Of a stretch of 64,000 bases of DNA, positions 9,970 to 18,324 are shown in pieces. The DNA is from Eubacteriales bacterium (lineage in GTDB: Bacteria > Bacillota > Clostridia > Oscillospirales > CAG-272), in assembly GCA_045545665.1 (NCBI GenBank), contig JAZQBL010000001.1, positions 3,686-67,685 on the forward strand. Direction: 5' to 3'. A program made the translations under genes and the position numbers. Below the pieces are notes generated by a model that worked only from the letters and a program-made list of their open reading frames with translations, was not told the origin of the DNA and did no database searches. Every line of letters begins with the position of its first letter. Position 1 is the stretch's first letter.

Positions 9970-10774
9970 GCTTTTGAAAAATATTTGCTCTTTGAGCTTG
10001 GCTCTTGCGCTTGTTTTTACGTTTTCTTTTTCTGTAATTGCTGTTGATGAATCTACTCCCGCTGATTCGGAAACAGAAGAGGAAACAACATCCCCTGACA
10101 CAGACACAGACGCGCCGGTTGAATCTATAAAATTCGAAAAAGACCAGTATGTTCTTTACGAAGGAGATTCCGAAAAAGTAAATGTTGTCGTAACTCCCGA
10201 TGATGCAAGTGACTACGTTATTGAATATTCATCGGACGATGAAACGGTCGTAACGATAGACGGCGAGGGAAACATTACGGCAAAAGGAAAAGGAACTGCA
10301 AAGATCACTGCTGAATGCGGAGATGTTTCTTGCGAAGCAACGGTTACTGTAATAAGCTTTGATCTTACGGTTGAAGAGGACAACGTAACGAAAGAAAAGT
10401 TTGTAAGCGGATTTGAACTCGGTATCACAGTCAGTGAAGCAAAGGAAATGTTTGCAAGCTTCAAAAAAACGGATGCCGAAAACGTGAAGATCACATCCGG
10501 TTCGGGTGAGGTCTCAAGCGGGGCATCTCTTGCAACCGGTATGGTAATAGAAGACGGCGGCGAATATTATACGGTCGTCATTTTCGGTGATGTCAACGGA
10601 AACGGAACTGTTACATATGAGGATACAAAAGAAGTAATTTCCGTTCTTTCGGGCGGTTCTTTCAAAGGTAAAGCATACGAAAAAGCGGCATACGTCAATG
10701 GCAATAATACGATTACTGTTAAAAATGCTCTTGATATTTCCGATTACGTGTGCGGAAAGCTCGCCTCTCTGTAA
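9959..10774 (+). CDS. Secreted Big_2-domain protein with a C-terminal dockerin module
   Basis: Signal peptide (MMSKLLKNICSLSLALALVF) and a Big_2 domain (YVLYEGDSEKVNVVVTPDDA...GNITAKGKGTAKITA). The dockerin has the Ca loop GDVNGNGTVTYED and a weaker second loop VNGNNTITVKNA. The start overlaps the upstream gene's stop. Confidence 0.7.
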   Translation: MMSKLLKNICSLSLALALVFTFSFSVIAVDESTPADSETEEETTSPDTDTDAPVESIKFEKDQYVLYEGDSEKVNVVVTPDDASDYVIEYSSDDETVVTIDGEGNITAKGKGTAKITAECGDVSCEATVTVISFDLTVEEDNVTKEKFVSGFELGITVSEAKEMFASFKKTDAENVKITSGSGEVSSGASLATGMVIEDGGEYYTVVIFGDVNGNGTVTYEDTKEVISVLSGGSFKGKAYEKAAYVNGNNTITVKNALDISDYVCGKLASL

Positions 10775-10781
10775 AAATAAT

Positions 10782-10803
10782 AAGGCGGCTATACAGCCGC
10801 CTT
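10782..10803 (+). terminator. Rho-independent terminator
   Basis: AAGGCGGCT-atac-AGCCGCCTT, a 9-bp stem directly after the dockerin gene. Confidence 0.65.
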
Positions 10804-10826
10804 TAATCATTTGAAAGTATGTACGT

Positions 10827-12182
10827 ATGGAAAAATTGATAAAAAATCAAAAATATGACGTTGAAATAACGGATACTAATAATCTCGGATACGGAGTCTG
10901 CAAAATAAACGGATGCGCCGTTTTTGTAAAAAACTGTGTGCAGGGCGATAAATGTACCGTTAAGATCATCAAGGTTCTCAAAAATTATGCTATCGGCGTA
11001 TGCGATGAGCTGAAAGAAGCATCTGCCTTCAGAACATCACCTGAATGTGAATATAAAAGATGCGGCGGCTGTGTTTTTCAACATATAAGCTTTGAATATG
11101 AAAACGAACTGAAAAAACGATACATAGAATCAGCTCTCAAAAAAGCGGGACTTTCCGATATAACCGTTGAGGATACGCTTTATGCGGATAATAAAACATC
11201 TCATTACAGAAACAAGGCGCAGTATCCGCTGACAAAGGATAAAGACGGAAATATCAAAGCAGGTTTTTTTGCACAGAAAACGCACGAGGTGATCCCGTGC
11301 GATGATTGTGCGATATCTTCCCGTATTTTTTCCGACATCGTCAGAACGTCGGTTGAATTCTTTCAGAAAAACGGCTTTACTGTGTACGATGAAAAAACGG
11401 GCAAGGGACTTTTACGCCATATCTATTTGAGATGTGCCGAAGGTACAGGGCAGGTAATGGTCTGTATCGTCATAAACGGTGATACTTTGCCGAAAAAAGA
11501 CGAATATATTTCTTGTTTGACGGATAAATTTCCATCTGTAAGAACCGTATGCATCAACATCAATAAAGAAAATACGAATGTAATTCTTTCAAAAAAGACA
11601 TTTGTTTTGTACGGTGACGGATATATCGAAGACACCCTTATGGGCAAACGCTTTATAATTTCCCCTGCATCGTTTTATCAAGTCAATAAACGCTGTACGG
11701 AAATACTTTACGGAAAAGCAAAGGAGCTTTTGGGCAATGATTACAAATGCGTGCTCGATCTTTACTGCGGTATAGGAACTGTCGGTATATGTATAGCATC
11801 AGATGCAGAAAAGCTCGTCGGTGTTGAAATCGTTCCCGAAGCAATTGAAGATGCAAAGAAAAATGCAAAGCTTAATTCGCTTGAAAACTGTAATTTTTAC
11901 AATGCCGATGCTTCCGATATTGCAAAAATAGCACCCGATGCCGACTGCATAATAGTAGACCCGCCGAGAAAAGGAATAACGCGTGAGGTCATCGACTATA
12001 TTGTCAAAGCATCTCCTGAAAAAGTTGTATACATTTCCTGCGATCCCGATACACTCATACGTGATATAGCACTTTTTGCTCCATTGGGATATGTAACTGA
12101 TAAAATAACTCCGGTAAATATGTTCCCGAGGACAGAACACGTCGAGAGTGTCGTTTGTCTCTCACGAGCCAAAGCGACGTGA
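10827..12182 (+). CDS. rlmD: 23S rRNA (uracil-C5)-methyltransferase, RumA/RlmD family
   Basis: N-terminal TRAM domain, a Cys cluster (C..C....CGGC), a SAM motif (DLYCGIGT), PPRKG, and the catalytic region ISCDP...F PRTEHVE. Confidence 0.9.
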   Translation: MEKLIKNQKYDVEITDTNNLGYGVCKINGCAVFVKNCVQGDKCTVKIIKVLKNYAIGVCDELKEASAFRTSPECEYKRCGGCVFQHISFEYENELKKRYIESALKKAGLSDITVEDTLYADNKTSHYRNKAQYPLTKDKDGNIKAGFFAQKTHEVIPCDDCAISSRIFSDIVRTSVEFFQKNGFTVYDEKTGKGLLRHIYLRCAEGTGQVMVCIVINGDTLPKKDEYISCLTDKFPSVRTVCININKENTNVILSKKTFVLYGDGYIEDTLMGKRFIISPASFYQVNKRCTEILYGKAKELLGNDYKCVLDLYCGIGTVGICIASDAEKLVGVEIVPEAIEDAKKNAKLNSLENCNFYNADASDIAKIAPDADCIIVDPPRKGITREVIDYIVKASPEKVVYISCDPDTLIRDIALFAPLGYVTDKITPVNMFPRTEHVESVVCLSRAKAT

Positions 12183-12230
12183 TATAACGCCTTGCGGCGT
12201 GTGATATGGACACCTACGGTGCCGTGATAT
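12179..12230 (+). repeat. Three direct copies of (C/T)GTGATAT(A/G) at 22-23 nt spacing, spanning the rlmD stop codon
   Basis: GTGATAT occurs at 12179-12185, 12201-12207 and 12224-12230. Copies 1 and 3 are identical over 9 nt (CGTGATATA). Each spacer holds a 4-bp mini-palindrome (CGCCttgcGGCG, CACCtacGGTG). Confidence 0.6.
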
Positions 12231-12526
12231 AGCTTCCATAACGACAGTTAAATCAAAAGAAGAAAAGTGATTCCGGCATAACACGTTTAGAGAAAGTATG
12301 AGGTGAATTTCAAATTAGCTATAGCTTAAATATATGGTCTTCTCGGAAAATCGAATCAAGTCAGCGACAGTTCAGCATAGGAGAATATACTGTTACCGTC
12401 GAAGAAAGTGTATTTGTTGAAATTGAGGATATACCGACGGATGTAAACCTTTCACTTGCGAAACTAAAATATCTCACGTCACTTCATTTACAACCGTATA
12501 CGGACGAAAAAAAGATCATTGATAAG

Positions 12527-13336
12527 ATGACCTCGTATGCAAAAAAGCTTGCAAAAGAATTTCACGGAGTTATTGAAGATCCGCAACTTGAAAACGGTGT
12601 AATATCTGTCGTCAAAGGAAAAGAATTTACAAGATCAACACGGAATGCAGATATAATTTCAATTTGTTGGTATATAGATCCTAAAGAAAGTTTGTCTTGT
12701 AAAACAGCGGATTTCATTAACTTGATTGAAAAATATTTTCCTTTTGCGATGCCGAGAAGATACGGTTCGTTTGAGCCGCCACAGTATAAATTATCCGAAA
12801 ACGGAAAAGAACACTTGATTGATTTTTTGAAAAAAGAAAGCTTCCCGGTAATATATTGCCAAAAACCCGTAACGCATATTTTTTTATCTGATGCTTGCGT
12901 TGATAATCAAAGGTTCTGTATAGAAGAATATCGTTGTAACAAAATTGAAATTGAATTATTCAAAGAAGCATATTCGGAAGAGAACTGGCAATTTGCTGTA
13001 AAAAGGCTGTTTAAAGAAACGGCGAAGCTCTTTAAACCGTTTTATGCCGAAATAATTGATGAAAAAGACTCAACTGTCTGTTCGTGGTGGTGGAAAGGCA
13101 TACCGCAGAAAAGAGGTAATACGGTAATAATCGGTGAACCTTACAGCGTTTTGATGAAGGATTTACCGAGTGAAAATCAAATCGCCCCTGATCTTTATTA
13201 TTTTGATAACGATCTTGATAAAGTAAAAATACCGTCAAAATTGGTATCAAAGAAGAAATTTTTTGCCAAAAAAGAACGAAACATCGGTTGTTTTGCAGAT
13301 AATTATAAGTCTGCAAAGATTTTTCCGTTTAGCTGA
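12527..13336 (+). CDS. Hypothetical protein; the true 5' end is probably upstream (candidate ATT start at 12314, or a disrupted gene)
   Basis: 269 aa from the first ATG. The same frame is stop-free and protein-like back to 12302. No known motif recognised (contains WWWKGIP). Confidence 0.55.
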   Translation: MTSYAKKLAKEFHGVIEDPQLENGVISVVKGKEFTRSTRNADIISICWYIDPKESLSCKTADFINLIEKYFPFAMPRRYGSFEPPQYKLSENGKEHLIDFLKKESFPVIYCQKPVTHIFLSDACVDNQRFCIEEYRCNKIEIELFKEAYSEENWQFAVKRLFKETAKLFKPFYAEIIDEKDSTVCSWWWKGIPQKRGNTVIIGEPYSVLMKDLPSENQIAPDLYYFDNDLDKVKIPSKLVSKKKFFAKKERNIGCFADNYKSAKIFPFS

Positions 13337-13431
13337 TAGCTTTTTGTTTCGAGACAGTTGAATATATTGATCGTCTGTTTTTTGTAACAATATTTAATTG
13401 AATAATATAAGCAAAGAAGGAGTTAATTTGT

Positions 13432-13797
13432 ATGATTTATTACAATAACTGGCTCAAGGAAGACTCTGTGAATTTTGCAATTCAAGTCTCGGATCTTTGC
13501 GAGAAAATAGACGGCTGCCCTGTATACGTAGATCAGCTTTTGTTATCCTCATCGTTAATAGGTGTAAATATCTCACAAACAAAATCAACTCAAAATAAAA
13601 CTGATTTTATAAAAAAATACGAAGCAGCTCTTGAACAATGTTTATCAACTGAATATTGGCTCGAAATAATATACAGAAAAGGAAAAATGAGTGAAGACGA
13701 CTACAAGAATATTCAAAATAAATCTCTTCTTATAAAAAGAAAGTTGTTTACTGTGATCAATTCTACGGGAAAAAGATTATCATTGCCCCAAAAATAA
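13432..13797 (+). CDS. Four-helix-bundle protein (23S rRNA intervening-sequence protein / Avd-like family), divergent
   Basis: 121 aa. The spacing of FAIQV..L...I......DQLL.SS..IG.NI.....Q.K.DFI.....A...C..TEYWLEI......MSEDDY..I....L.I.R matches the family's helix pattern. AGGAG lies upstream. Confidence 0.6.
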   Translation: MIYYNNWLKEDSVNFAIQVSDLCEKIDGCPVYVDQLLLSSSLIGVNISQTKSTQNKTDFIKKYEAALEQCLSTEYWLEIIYRKGKMSEDDYKNIQNKSLLIKRKLFTVINSTGKRLSLPQK

Positions 13798-13842
13798 AAA
13801 AGGTGACTTTTCAGACACCGACAAAATTGAGAGTGATTTTAT

Positions 13843-14718
13843 ATGAAAAAAGGAATCATAATTACAAACGCATATACACAACTGGCAAGTGCCGAGTATC
13901 AGTCTTACCGCTTGGCTGAAGAATTTGAAAAAATAGGTATTACGGCGCACAGTACAAAAAACAGGGAATATCCGTGCTTTATAAAAGACGGCGGAATAGT
14001 TAACGAATATTCCTCGTATGATTTTGCCGTATATCTTGATAAAGACAAATACATAGCCGAAATGCTCGAAAAAAGCGGTGTAAGACTGTTCAATAGCTCA
14101 CGCGCCATAAGTGTTTGCGATGATAAAATGCTTACACATATAGCACTTGCCGAACACGGAATCCCGATGCCGGACACGCTTCCGGGTGCGCTTTGCTACA
14201 CTCCCGATGCGCTGATTCCCGATGAAAGTATAAAAGCCGTAACAGACACACTCGGACTCCCTTTAGTTGTCAAAGAAAGCTACGGTTCACTCGGTAAAGG
14301 CGTGTATCTTGTAAAAGACGATACAGAACTCAGAGCTGCTATGGAAAAGCTGAAATGTATGCCGCATATGTTTCAGAAATATATATCCGAAAGCTTCGGC
14401 AAGGATGTAAGAATAATCGTTATCGGCGGTAAATATCTGTGCGCCATGATGAGAAAAAGCGAGGACGATTTTCGTTCGAATATCGAACTCGGCGGTGTCG
14501 GTATCAAGATAACCCCACCCGATGAATATATAGAGATCGCTGAAAAAGCATCGAAAATACTCGGACTTGATTATTGCGGAATAGATATCCTTATCGGTAA
14601 AAACGGCGGACTCGTATGTGAAGTCAATTCCAATGCGTTTTTCGGCGGTATGGAAAAAACAACGGGTGTGAACGTGGCAAAAGCTTATGCGGAATATATC
14701 GCATCTGAGATATCATAA
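13843..14718 (+). CDS. RimK-family ATP-grasp ligase
   Basis: LPLVVKESYGSLGKGVYLV, GKDVRIIVIGG, FRSNIELGG and LGLDYCGIDIL....G..VCEVNSN follow the RimK ATP-grasp pattern. Confidence 0.85.
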   Translation: MKKGIIITNAYTQLASAEYQSYRLAEEFEKIGITAHSTKNREYPCFIKDGGIVNEYSSYDFAVYLDKDKYIAEMLEKSGVRLFNSSRAISVCDDKMLTHIALAEHGIPMPDTLPGALCYTPDALIPDESIKAVTDTLGLPLVVKESYGSLGKGVYLVKDDTELRAAMEKLKCMPHMFQKYISESFGKDVRIIVIGGKYLCAMMRKSEDDFRSNIELGGVGIKITPPDEYIEIAEKASKILGLDYCGIDILIGKNGGLVCEVNSNAFFGGMEKTTGVNVAKAYAEYIASEIS

Positions 14719-14730
14719 AGTTTTTGTAAA

Positions 14731-15828
14731 ATGAAAAATAATAGATTTATATCTTTTTTTAAGTGGCTTTTTATATCGATCACGTCATTATTCGTTGCTG
14801 CTGTTATGATCTTTACTTCGGTATTTCTTGTAACTTACTGTTCAAACCGTATAAGTACCGAAAACGGTATTGACGAAGGCATCTATGTTCCTATATGCGG
14901 TCAAGAACAGTATCTGCTTATAAGAGGAGAGGATAAAAATAATCCCGTTATTATATGGCTTCACGGCGGTCCGTCGAGTCCGGATGCGTTTGCAAGTTAT
15001 TCCTTTCAAAAATATCTCGTCGATAAATATACGTTTGTAAATTGGGATCAACGGGGATGCGGACGAACGTATTACCGCAATAAAGAAACGGATCCCAAAA
15101 ATGAAACCGTATCGTTTGAACAGGCACAGAGCGATCTTGACGAGCTTGTAAACTACGTTACCGAAAGATTCGGTAAAGAAAAAGTTGTCATAATAGGTCA
15201 TTCCTACGGCACGATGCTTGGCAGCAAATACACACTTGATAACCCCGATAAGGTTTCTGCATACATCGGGGTCGGACAGTTTGTAAATATAAGCAGTGAG
15301 GATTACAGCTATAACGATGCTCTTGAAATTGCAAAAAACAATGGTGACGATATAACAAAACTTCAAGAATCATACAAAGCGTATACGGAAAATAAAACTC
15401 TCTTAAATATGATGCAGCTGCGTATGAAAGTAAGTGAATATCATCCCGTACCAAAAGAAGCAGATCCTATAATGACGGGTATGATGTCACCTTATATGAA
15501 TTTCGATGATCTTCGCTGGTTCTTAAAACAAATGGGTGATTTTGAAGATTATATTAATTACAATAAGCAACTGTTTGATTATATCTTAGTAGGTGATGTG
15601 ACAAGCTACGGCACTGAATATAAAGTTCCCGCGGGTTTTATTTCGGGATCTTGTGATTGGGTAACACCTGTAAAATATTCAGAAGATTACTATAACGCAA
15701 TATCAGCACCGATAAAGGATATTGCTCTGATCGACGGATGCGGGCACTCACCTTTTTATGACGATCCTGTCGGATTTACAAATGCACTTGAAGAGATGCT
15801 TGACGATATGCTGAATAAAAAAGATTGA
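14731..15828 (+). CDS. Membrane-anchored alpha/beta hydrolase (prolyl aminopeptidase-like)
   Basis: N-terminal TM helix, oxyanion HGGP, nucleophile elbow GHSYGT, and C-terminal GCGHSP (catalytic His). Confidence 0.8.
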   Translation: MKNNRFISFFKWLFISITSLFVAAVMIFTSVFLVTYCSNRISTENGIDEGIYVPICGQEQYLLIRGEDKNNPVIIWLHGGPSSPDAFASYSFQKYLVDKYTFVNWDQRGCGRTYYRNKETDPKNETVSFEQAQSDLDELVNYVTERFGKEKVVIIGHSYGTMLGSKYTLDNPDKVSAYIGVGQFVNISSEDYSYNDALEIAKNNGDDITKLQESYKAYTENKTLLNMMQLRMKVSEYHPVPKEADPIMTGMMSPYMNFDDLRWFLKQMGDFEDYINYNKQLFDYILVGDVTSYGTEYKVPAGFISGSCDWVTPVKYSEDYYNAISAPIKDIALIDGCGHSPFYDDPVGFTNALEEMLDDMLNKKD

Positions 15829-15834
15829 AAACGT

Positions 15835-15868
15835 ACCCCCTGACGGATACAGTGGTCTGTCAGGGGGT
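15835..15868. terminator. Bidirectional terminator between convergent genes
   Basis: CCCCCTGAC...GTCAGGGGG, a 9-bp GC-rich stem followed by AATTTTA. Confidence 0.65.
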
Positions 15869-15872
15869 AATT

Positions 15873-16619
15873 TTATGTTGTCGTATTTTTCAGTATTTCA
15901 ATAAATTCATCCCAGTCCGTGATGTATAAATGGTCGAAATCGAGTTTAAGATCGTCAGGTCCTGCCCAAAGATTTTCTTTTGACTTGTTGTCGTATCTTA
16001 CAGGGAACATTCCCGCATTATGTGCACCGGTTATATCACATACGGTATGGTCTCCGCAGAACCATATTTTATCGGGAGTAAGGTCAGCCTTGCTGATTGC
16101 CAGATCAAAAATTCGCTTGTGCGGCTTTCTGTAAACATATTCACTTGATGCTATGATAAATTCAAATTTGTTTTCGGGAAGCGTTGAATTTATTCTTTCT
16201 GTGAGCGCATCTGCTGAAAATCCGATGTTGCTGACAACACCGCTTCTTATACCCATGCTGTTTATGAACGATATCATTTTATCGACCTTCGGCATAAGTA
16301 CACCGCGTGATGTCGCAAACCAGAAGATACGCTCTATTTCTTCAAGCGGAAGATCAAATTCAACACCAAGCGTTTCGTACATAAGCTGCATAAACTGTCT
16401 TTCGTGTATTTCGATACATTCGTCACGGGATGACGAAAGATCGCCTTCGTACACTTCGTTTGCAAAATCGTCGGCATCTTGTGCCGTAACGCCTTTGGGG
16501 TTTCTAATAACGTGCTTGAATACGGCTTTCTGACCGTTTAAGGTGTTCCAACCGTCTTCGCAAATAAGCGTATTTCCGTAGTCAAACAGTATCATTTCGG
16601 GCCTTTTAAGCTTTTGCAT
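15873..16619 (-). CDS. HAD-superfamily hydrolase
   Basis: Motif I is LFDYGNTL, motif II is VVSN, and motif IV is GDHTVCDITGA. The start could be M1 (16619) or M9 (16595). Confidence 0.75.
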   Translation of the reverse strand: MQKLKRPEMILFDYGNTLICEDGWNTLNGQKAVFKHVIRNPKGVTAQDADDFANEVYEGDLSSSRDECIEIHERQFMQLMYETLGVEFDLPLEEIERIFWFATSRGVLMPKVDKMISFINSMGIRSGVVSNIGFSADALTERINSTLPENKFEFIIASSEYVYRKPHKRIFDLAISKADLTPDKIWFCGDHTVCDITGAHNAGMFPVRYDNKSKENLWAGPDDLKLDFDHLYITDWDEFIEILKNTTT

Positions 16620-18324
16620 TTAATTTCACTCTGTCGGCAGGGGTTACAACGGCTGAATAATTTGACTTGTATGTTACAAATCCGGGTTTTGAGCCTGCAG
16701 GCTTCTTTATGTTTTTGACCTGCGTGTAATCCACCTCGACGTTTTCTCCTTCTCGTTTTGTAGAATAATACGCTGCCGCTTCCGCCGCTTCCGTGAAGTC
16801 AACGGCATCAGGTTCTTCACCGTGTGAAAACAGTATAACGTGGCTGCCGGGGGCATCTTTTACGTGGAAAAACCAGTCGTACCCGTTTGCTGTTTTCATC
16901 GTCAGCATATCGTTTTGCGTGTTGTTTTTTCCTATTTGCACCTCATATCCGTTTGTGGTGGTGAAGTGAAGAGGGGAGGATTTGATGTTCTTTTGTCCCG
17001 ATATATTTTTCATCCTTGAAGCATATCCCGATAAATACAGCTCGTGACGTATCTGGGCGATATCGGCTTCGCCGTCAGCTTTTGTAAGAGAATCGAAAAC
17101 GGAATAAATGTAGTCAAGCTCACGTTCGGCAATAGCTATCTGCTTTGCAAGCTCAACGGTGGCTGTTTTTAATTTTGAGTATTTTTTATAATACTTCTGT
17201 GCGTTTGACGACGGGGAAAGCTTGTTGTCAAGCGGTATTTTAATTTCGGGACAGTTTTCGTCGTAATAATTTACAAGCACCGCCTCGGTCATTCCGCGTG
17301 ATAAAGCATACATATTGGCTGTTAAAAGATCGCCGTAAAGCTTGAATTTTTCCATTTCGCGGCAGTCTATAAGCTCCTGCTTTTGTGATGCTATCTTGCG
17401 TTTAAGCCTTGATTCGGCGGCAGATAAAAGCTTAAAAACGTCGGAGGCGGTCTGCTTTATACGCTCGTTTCGCTCTTTTCCTTCATAGAAGGCATCAATA
17501 AGCTCACCAAAAGACGGATATCCTTCGTAAGAATATTCCGTGCCGTAATGCGTTATTGAAAGTACGGTAAAATCACACGGCTTGCCTTTTGCATCCTTGA
17601 GCATAGTCGGGGTAAGAGTACCGCTTTTGGCTTTTTCAATGTATGATGAAAAGAAAAACCACATTTTTTCGGGATCATTTCCCGAAAGGCTGTATATTTC
17701 ACGGCTGACTATCGGGGAAATTCCTTGATATGAGGACATAAAAAAGCTGTCGTTTATCTCGTCTTTGTCACAAACACAGGAAATAAAACCGCTTTTTGTT
17801 TCGCAAAGCGGATTTTTTTTATTTTGCGACGGCGGAAGCTCGTATATCATACCCGGTAAAAGCTGACGCTTTGAGCTTGTCGTAAAGTCAACCGTTTTGA
17901 TCACGTTAATTATTTTTTCGTTTTCGTCGGTTAAAACGACGTTACTGAATTTGCCCATTATTTCGGCGTATAAATGCTTTTCGCAGGGAAAACCCATTTC
18001 GTCCGTCGTTGTAAAGGTAAGCTTTGCTGTTCGGTCAAATTCAATTTGTTCAACCTTCGTTATTTTAGCACCCGTCAGATGCTTTCGCATGTGCATACAG
18101 AAAGCGCCGGGTTCTTTTGGATTTTCTTTGGTTATCTTTGTTAAATTTATCCTCGGTGTGTGTGCGGAAGCGCAAAGAGAAAGTCTTAAATTTCCCGACA
18201 AAGAGTGTAACAGCAGAACAAGCTCGTCCTTCGTCGGCACGTACACCTTTTCGACTTTTGCACCAATGACAGATGAGTTTAGCTCACTGACAACACCTGA
18301 CATCATTCCTCCGTCAAAGGGCAT
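16606..18324 (-). CDS. rqcH: Ribosome quality-control factor RqcH (NFACT / FbpA family)
   Basis: NFACT-N start MPFDGGMMSGVVSELN, central coiled coil, and NFACT-R (DWFFHVKDAPGSHVIL). Start placed at MPFDG. Confidence 0.85.
   Translation of the reverse strand: MPFDGGMMSGVVSELNSSVIGAKVEKVYVPTKDELVLLLHSLSGNLRLSLCASAHTPRINLTKITKENPKEPGAFCMHMRKHLTGAKITKVEQIEFDRTAKLTFTTTDEMGFPCEKHLYAEIMGKFSNVVLTDENEKIINVIKTVDFTTSSKRQLLPGMIYELPPSQNKKNPLCETKSGFISCVCDKDEINDSFFMSSYQGISPIVSREIYSLSGNDPEKMWFFFSSYIEKAKSGTLTPTMLKDAKGKPCDFTVLSITHYGTEYSYEGYPSFGELIDAFYEGKERNERIKQTASDVFKLLSAAESRLKRKIASQKQELIDCREMEKFKLYGDLLTANMYALSRGMTEAVLVNYYDENCPEIKIPLDNKLSPSSNAQKYYKKYSKLKTATVELAKQIAIAERELDYIYSVFDSLTKADGEADIAQIRHELYLSGYASRMKNISGQKNIKSSPLHFTTTNGYEVQIGKNNTQNDMLTMKTANGYDWFFHVKDAPGSHVILFSHGEEPDAVDFTEAAEAAAYYSTKREGENVEVDYTQVKNIKKPAGSKPGFVTYKSNYSAVVTPADRVKLNAKA

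Noticed and set aside
9499-10107. Long antisense ORFs nested in real genes, for example 9499-10107, 8994-9509, 775-1338, 57059-57595, 29413-30018 and 22402-22992
   Set aside because: They lie opposite strongly motif-supported genes, have skewed low-complexity or Cys/Arg-rich compositions, and lack SD sequences. They are typical shadow ORFs.
12179-12230. CRISPR-like spacing of the GTGATAT repeats
   Set aside because: The repeats are only 7-9 nt long, there are only three copies, the spacers are 13-16 nt, and there are no cas genes.
12527-13797. Possible diversity-generating retroelement, with an Avd-like four-helix-bundle gene next to an unknown protein that could be a variable target
   Set aside because: No reverse transcriptase ORF lies anywhere nearby, and I could not see a template/variable repeat pair around the 3' end of the 12527-13336 gene.
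12183-13840. Integrated mobile element at the 3' end of rlmD
   Set aside because: No integrase, recombinase, relaxase or phage gene is present, and I did not find a second copy of the repeat bounding the region. At most it is a remnant. It is kept only as a low-interest observation on the repeats.
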